DNA of 63,363 nucleotides, the filler included, from Candidatus Woesearchaeota archaeon (lineage in GTDB: Archaea > Nanobdellota > Nanobdellia > Woesearchaeales > B72-G16): the NCBI GenBank assembly GCA_003650545.1. It is 3 parts of 3 records of this genome, joined end to end, with 100 filler letters (N's around TTAATTAATTAA, not from the genome) between each part and the next. Parts side by side here need not be neighbours in the genome. Positions count along the whole stretch, not along the records: positions 45,308 to 63,363 come from QMQO01000026.1; 2 more parts are not named here. One strand, written 5' to 3'. The translations under genes and the position numbers were made by a program. The notes under the pieces are model-generated. The model made no database searches. It was not told where the DNA came from and saw only the letters and a list, made by a program, of their open reading frames with translations. Below, piece by piece: positions 59,446 through 63,363 of this stretch (the first letter of the stretch is position 1; every line of letters starts with the position of its first letter).

Positions 59446-61476
59446 ATGTCTTTCCCCGATTTTATGACTGACCGCGCGAAATTTGTTTTGAACCAGAGAT
59501 ATCTTCTGACTGTGGATGGTATAAAGGAAGAATGGAGCGATTTATGCGGCCGTGTTGCGCGGTGTGTAGGAAATACTGTAGATGAGGTTGATGTATTCTA
59601 TGACATGATGTACAATCTTAGATTTCTCCCGAACAGTCCGACGCTGTTCAATGCAGGGAAGAAAGACGGGCAGCTGTTTGCCTGTTTTTTCCTTCCTCTT
59701 GAAGATAACATGGAAAGTATAATGGATACTCTTAAATATTCCGTTATGATATATAAAAGCGGAGGGGGAGTAGGCATTAATTTTTCTTCACTAAGGCCGG
59801 CTGGATCGCCGGTGAAAGGAACCAATGGTATAGCTTCCGGCGTTGTTTCTTTCATGAGAGCATATGACAGTATGATTTCAGAAATAAAATCAGGCGGCGT
59901 GAGAAGGGGGGCGGCCATAGGTATACTGGATGTTGATCATCCGGAGGTTTTAAATTTTATAAAAGCAAAAACGAAGGAAGGGGAGATATCTAATTTTAAT
60001 ATATCTGTTGCTGTAACTGATAGCTTTATGTCAGATGTTATAGGGGGCAGGCTTGCAAAATCTGTGGGTTCTGGTGCAACGGGGGAAATATGGGATGCCA
60101 TAGTTACCAATGCATGGCGTAATGGCGAGCCGGGACTTCTTTTTATGGACACTATCAACAGAATGAATCCTATAAAAAAATATGGTCCTTTGAAAGGATG
60201 CAATCCGTGCGGTGAGCTGCCCCTTCATCCGTGGGGATCATGCTGTCTGGGATCTATAAATCTTTCTCTTTTTGTCAGGGATGGCGAGTTTCTATACGAT
60301 AAGTTTGAAAAAACGGTCAGAGACAGCGTACTTTTCCTGGACAGAGTGATAGATGCAACTGTTTATCCGTATCCGCAGATAGAGAGAGTGTCAAAGGAGA
60401 CCAGGAAAATAGGTCTGGGTGTGATGGGGTTTGCAGACATGTTGCTGAAGATGAAGATTACCTATGGCAGCAATGAATCTTTTGATGTGGCAGAAGATAT
60501 TGTTTCTGTAATGAGAAAGATTGCTGAAGATGAATCTGTAAAGCTGGCTGAACTTTATGGGACATGCAAGGCGGTTGATGATGAAGGAATTATGCCTCCC
60601 AGAAGGAACTCCACTCTGCTTACTATGGCGCCCACTGGAAGTCTTAGTTTGATTGCAGGATGTTCCCCCGGAATAGAGCCGAATTTTGCCTTTTCTGAAA
60701 AGAGGAATCTGAAAGAGTCACTTGGTGCTGATCTGGTATGGAGACATCCTCTGGCGGCAGAATATGAAACTCTTCCTCCATATTTTGTCACAGCGCATGA
60801 TGTTGCTCCTCTTGATCATGTCAGGATGCAGAGTGTTTTCCAGAAATATGTTGATAACAGTATTTCCAAGACCGTAAATATGCCAAGTGAGTCTTCCATA
60901 GAAGATGTTGCTGACGTCTATAAAAAAGCATTTGAGTGGGGGTGCAAGGGAATAACCATATACAGGGACGGAAGCAGGAAATTGCAGATAATGGAAGATG
61001 CGGTGAAACCAAAGGATACAACCAGGTTTATGGAGCCGAGAGAGAGACCTGAAATGACGATGGGTGTTACGGAATGTATACATACAGGGTGTGGAAAGAT
61101 GTATGTTACAGTTAACAGAGATGAGGAGGGCATATGTGAAGTTTTTGCCAAGCTGGGGAAAAGCGGAGGCTGTGTATCCGGATTTATGGATGCGCTTAGC
61201 AGAATTATCAGCATGGCATTAAGAGCGGGAGTAGACCCCGTAGTTTTGGTGGATCAGCTGAAAGATACAAGATGTCCTAATCCATACGGATTTGGTGATT
61301 CGCAGATATTCAGTTGTCAGGATGGAATAGCAAAAGCGATGATGAAATTTCTGTCTGTTAATCCATCAGGCAAGGATGAGCCATCTATTCAGGGGTTGTG
61401 TCCTGTATGTTCATCTGAGTTGCTGCTTAACGGACGGTGTATCTACTGCCCTGTCTGTGGTGTTTCTAAATGCTGA
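59446..61476 (+). CDS. nrdJ: class II (B12-dependent) ribonucleotide reductase with TSCPD domain
   Basis: PNSPTLFNAG, RRGA, NPCGE, CCLGSIN, APTGS, KGITIYRDGS, C-terminal Zn ribbon. Confidence 0.92.
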   Translation: MSFPDFMTDRAKFVLNQRYLLTVDGIKEEWSDLCGRVARCVGNTVDEVDVFYDMMYNLRFLPNSPTLFNAGKKDGQLFACFFLPLEDNMESIMDTLKYSVMIYKSGGGVGINFSSLRPAGSPVKGTNGIASGVVSFMRAYDSMISEIKSGGVRRGAAIGILDVDHPEVLNFIKAKTKEGEISNFNISVAVTDSFMSDVIGGRLAKSVGSGATGEIWDAIVTNAWRNGEPGLLFMDTINRMNPIKKYGPLKGCNPCGELPLHPWGSCCLGSINLSLFVRDGEFLYDKFEKTVRDSVLFLDRVIDATVYPYPQIERVSKETRKIGLGVMGFADMLLKMKITYGSNESFDVAEDIVSVMRKIAEDESVKLAELYGTCKAVDDEGIMPPRRNSTLLTMAPTGSLSLIAGCSPGIEPNFAFSEKRNLKESLGADLVWRHPLAAEYETLPPYFVTAHDVAPLDHVRMQSVFQKYVDNSISKTVNMPSESSIEDVADVYKKAFEWGCKGITIYRDGSRKLQIMEDAVKPKDTTRFMEPRERPEMTMGVTECIHTGCGKMYVTVNRDEEGICEVFAKLGKSGGCVSGFMDALSRIISMALRAGVDPVVLVDQLKDTRCPNPYGFGDSQIFSCQDGIAKAMMKFLSVNPSGKDEPSIQGLCPVCSSELLLNGRCIYCPVCGVSKC

Positions 61477-61669
61477 TGGGTTTTTGAAGGATTGTTGGTT
61501 GTTTTTTGTGTTTTTTTGTGGTATAATAAGAAATAGAGGGAAAGCTCGTTTTGGGATTGTGGGATAACGATGGCTTGACATCTGCGCGATGATGCCTTCG
61601 CGGTGAGCGGTTCAGAGTAGTTTTAGCCAATCTTATCCCCGTCCCGTAGAAAATTGATCAAGGGGGGGT

Positions 61670-61924
61670 ATGATGGAGGATCCTACATCTAATCCTGTTG
61701 CTGTTGCGATGCACAGGATTTATGTTCTTTTGTATCATATAGTCAGTGATCTGTCTTCTGATGAAAAGTTTGAGAATTTGAAGTATTTCATAGATAATCT
61801 CGGTGAAGATTGTCCTTATGTTTATTCCGCCGCATCTTTGTTTTTTGATTCTCCTATTAACGGAAAACTGAAAGAGTTAGCTGATGCTGTAGCGGAAGGG
61901 AAGGTGTATATGAGAAGTGAGTGA
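61670..61924 (+). CDS. hypothetical protein
   Basis: 84-aa ORF coupled to next gene. Confidence 0.5.
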   Translation: MMEDPTSNPVAVAMHRIYVLLYHIVSDLSSDEKFENLKYFIDNLGEDCPYVYSAASLFFDSPINGKLKELADAVAEGKVYMRSE

Positions 61925-62669
61925 TACAGATAATTTTGATGATTGTCAACTGATACCCATAAAGGAGTTTCCAATAGAGGCTGTTCGGAAACTGGCCAAA
62001 AACTATTTTCCTGTCGGTTTTTTTGATGATTATAAGATAACAAAGAAGCAGGGAGAAGAGCTTGCCAAGTTTCTTACAAAAGCCAAACGCGGGGTTCAAG
62101 TTTACGGAGCTCTTCTGTGTGCCGGGCCTAAATGTAGATATGCATCGAAGTGTAAACTTCAAAAATGGGGCAAAGCGCCTCTTGGTGCAGATTGTCCCAT
62201 AGAGCTTATGTTGATTGATATGTGGATTGCTGATTATTGTGAAGCGCTGGATATAAGCCTCCATGAGCTGGATCTTCCCTCCAATAAGCTGGATAGAACT
62301 CTCATAGTAGACCTTGTGTTGTGTGATATAAAGATAATGCGGCTTGAGGCGGAGCTATCTCTTCATTCGTTTGAGATGACCAAGTATATAAAATCGGGCC
62401 GGGATGTTGTTGAGACTGTTGAGCCGAGTATTGCACTGAGTGCTTTGGAGAAGGCACATTCCAGGAAAGATAAACTTTTGAAGCAGCTGATGGGAACAAG
62501 AGAAGCCAGAGCCAAAGCTCAGGCCGAGGCGTCCAAATCCATGAAGGATGTTGCTCAATATATGTCTGATCTGGTTGCCAAGGCAGAGAAGGCTCAGAAA
62601 TCCATAGAGATAGACAATGCTGAATATACTGAAGTGGATAGTGAAGATATACTGATTGCCGGAGGATGA
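61917..62669 (+). CDS. Cys-motif phage protein (possible terminase small subunit-like)
   Basis: C...C....C......P.G..CPIE then helical region. Confidence 0.4.
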   Translation: MSDTDNFDDCQLIPIKEFPIEAVRKLAKNYFPVGFFDDYKITKKQGEELAKFLTKAKRGVQVYGALLCAGPKCRYASKCKLQKWGKAPLGADCPIELMLIDMWIADYCEALDISLHELDLPSNKLDRTLIVDLVLCDIKIMRLEAELSLHSFEMTKYIKSGRDVVETVEPSIALSALEKAHSRKDKLLKQLMGTREARAKAQAEASKSMKDVAQYMSDLVAKAEKAQKSIEIDNAEYTEVDSEDILIAGG

Positions 62670-63363
62670 TTTGTCAAATGTGGAAAGAAAGGATAGAGAA
62701 TGAGCCCAGAACCATAAAGGAATGGGCTAATTATTTTACCCGCATGGTTCATTATACCAACAGAAATACAACATGGGCAAATATACCTCCGGAACTTGAG
62801 CGCCAATATCATTATGGTGCTGATACATTAGCGGCAAGGATAATGGCAAGGGGACGGAGTCCTCTGTCAACAGGTTTTGTTGTTGTGGATCTTGAGACGA
62901 CGTTCACGTCGGCCAACGAACCATCTGAAATACGGAGTATAGGATACGTTGAAGTTCCCCCCGGCTTTCCTGAGATTCGTTCAGTTAAAGATTATCTTTT
63001 GGCGCCGAATAAATGGGAGGTAAAGGAAATACCCATTAAGGTTAAGGATGTTCCTCAGTTAAGGTTGGCGCTGAAAGGAAAGGATATATCTGTTTGGAGG
63101 AAATATTTTGCTAATCTCGATGATGTGGAAGATCTTGATGAATCAAGGATGGAGAGGCTAGTAAAGGGGATGCATCCTCTTATGGACCAACCTCTTAGAT
63201 TCAGAAGGGAACTCAAGGAAGCAAAGGATGTAATAAAGAAACTTTACGATGATACCGTTGCAAAGGGCAAACCGATAGCGACTTTTAATACAGCGTTCGA
63301 TATAGGTCAACTTAAACGAATCGATGATCGATTTGCATCTATACCGGAGGGCAAATTATATGA
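62666..63363 (+). CDS. DEDDh 3'-5' exonuclease-domain protein, 3' truncated (not in ORF track)
   Basis: open frame to window end with VVVDLETT and TFNTAFDI. Confidence 0.7.
   Translation, partial: MICQMWKERIENEPRTIKEWANYFTRMVHYTNRNTTWANIPPELERQYHYGADTLAARIMARGRSPLSTGFVVVDLETTFTSANEPSEIRSIGYVEVPPGFPEIRSVKDYLLAPNKWEVKEIPIKVKDVPQLRLALKGKDISVWRKYFANLDDVEDLDESRMERLVKGMHPLMDQPLRFRRELKEAKDVIKKLYDDTVAKGKPIATFNTAFDIGQLKRIDDRFASIPEGKLY

Larger units (their letters stand above)
45308..63363. mobile_element. Contig 3: bacteriophage genome fragment
   Basis: many tiny ORFans with strong AAAGGAGG SD, bacterial ssb, sigma70 promoter, RNR, MazG-like, MTase. Confidence 0.75.

Overview
The window is three unrelated contigs joined by artificial N-spacers containing TTAATTAATTAA (24322-24421 and 45208-45307). 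Contig 1 (1-24321) is AT-rich and looks like part of an archaeal virus or mobile element. It carries glycosyltransferases, three PAPS-reductase-family genes, a sulfatase-like gene, an XPD/Rad3 helicase, a trypsin-like protease, a Dam-like MTase, a serine recombinase, two TGT/DpdA-like genes, and Ig-like proteins that appear built for donor-strand complementation. Contig 2 (24422-45207) is chromosomal DNA of a DPANN (Woesearchaeota-like) archaeon: radC, histone-fold protein, thermosome, aroE, cmk, FKBP, ftsZ, secE-spt5-rpl11, dtdA. Its rpl11 is interrupted by a 16-nt canonical bulge-helix-bulge intron, and it has a MoxR/vWA locus with three DGR-type variable-protein paralogs but no RT or template repeat in view. 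Contig 3 (45308-63363) is a bacteriophage fragment. A minus-strand arm of small genes (ssb, SLOG) holds two HDV-like ribozymes, each followed by a covarying pseudoknot RNA. There is also a palindrome-rich non-coding block, and a plus-strand arm with an MTase, MazG-like protein, class II RNR and a DEDDh exonuclease. All calls are from motif reading by eye; no searches were run.
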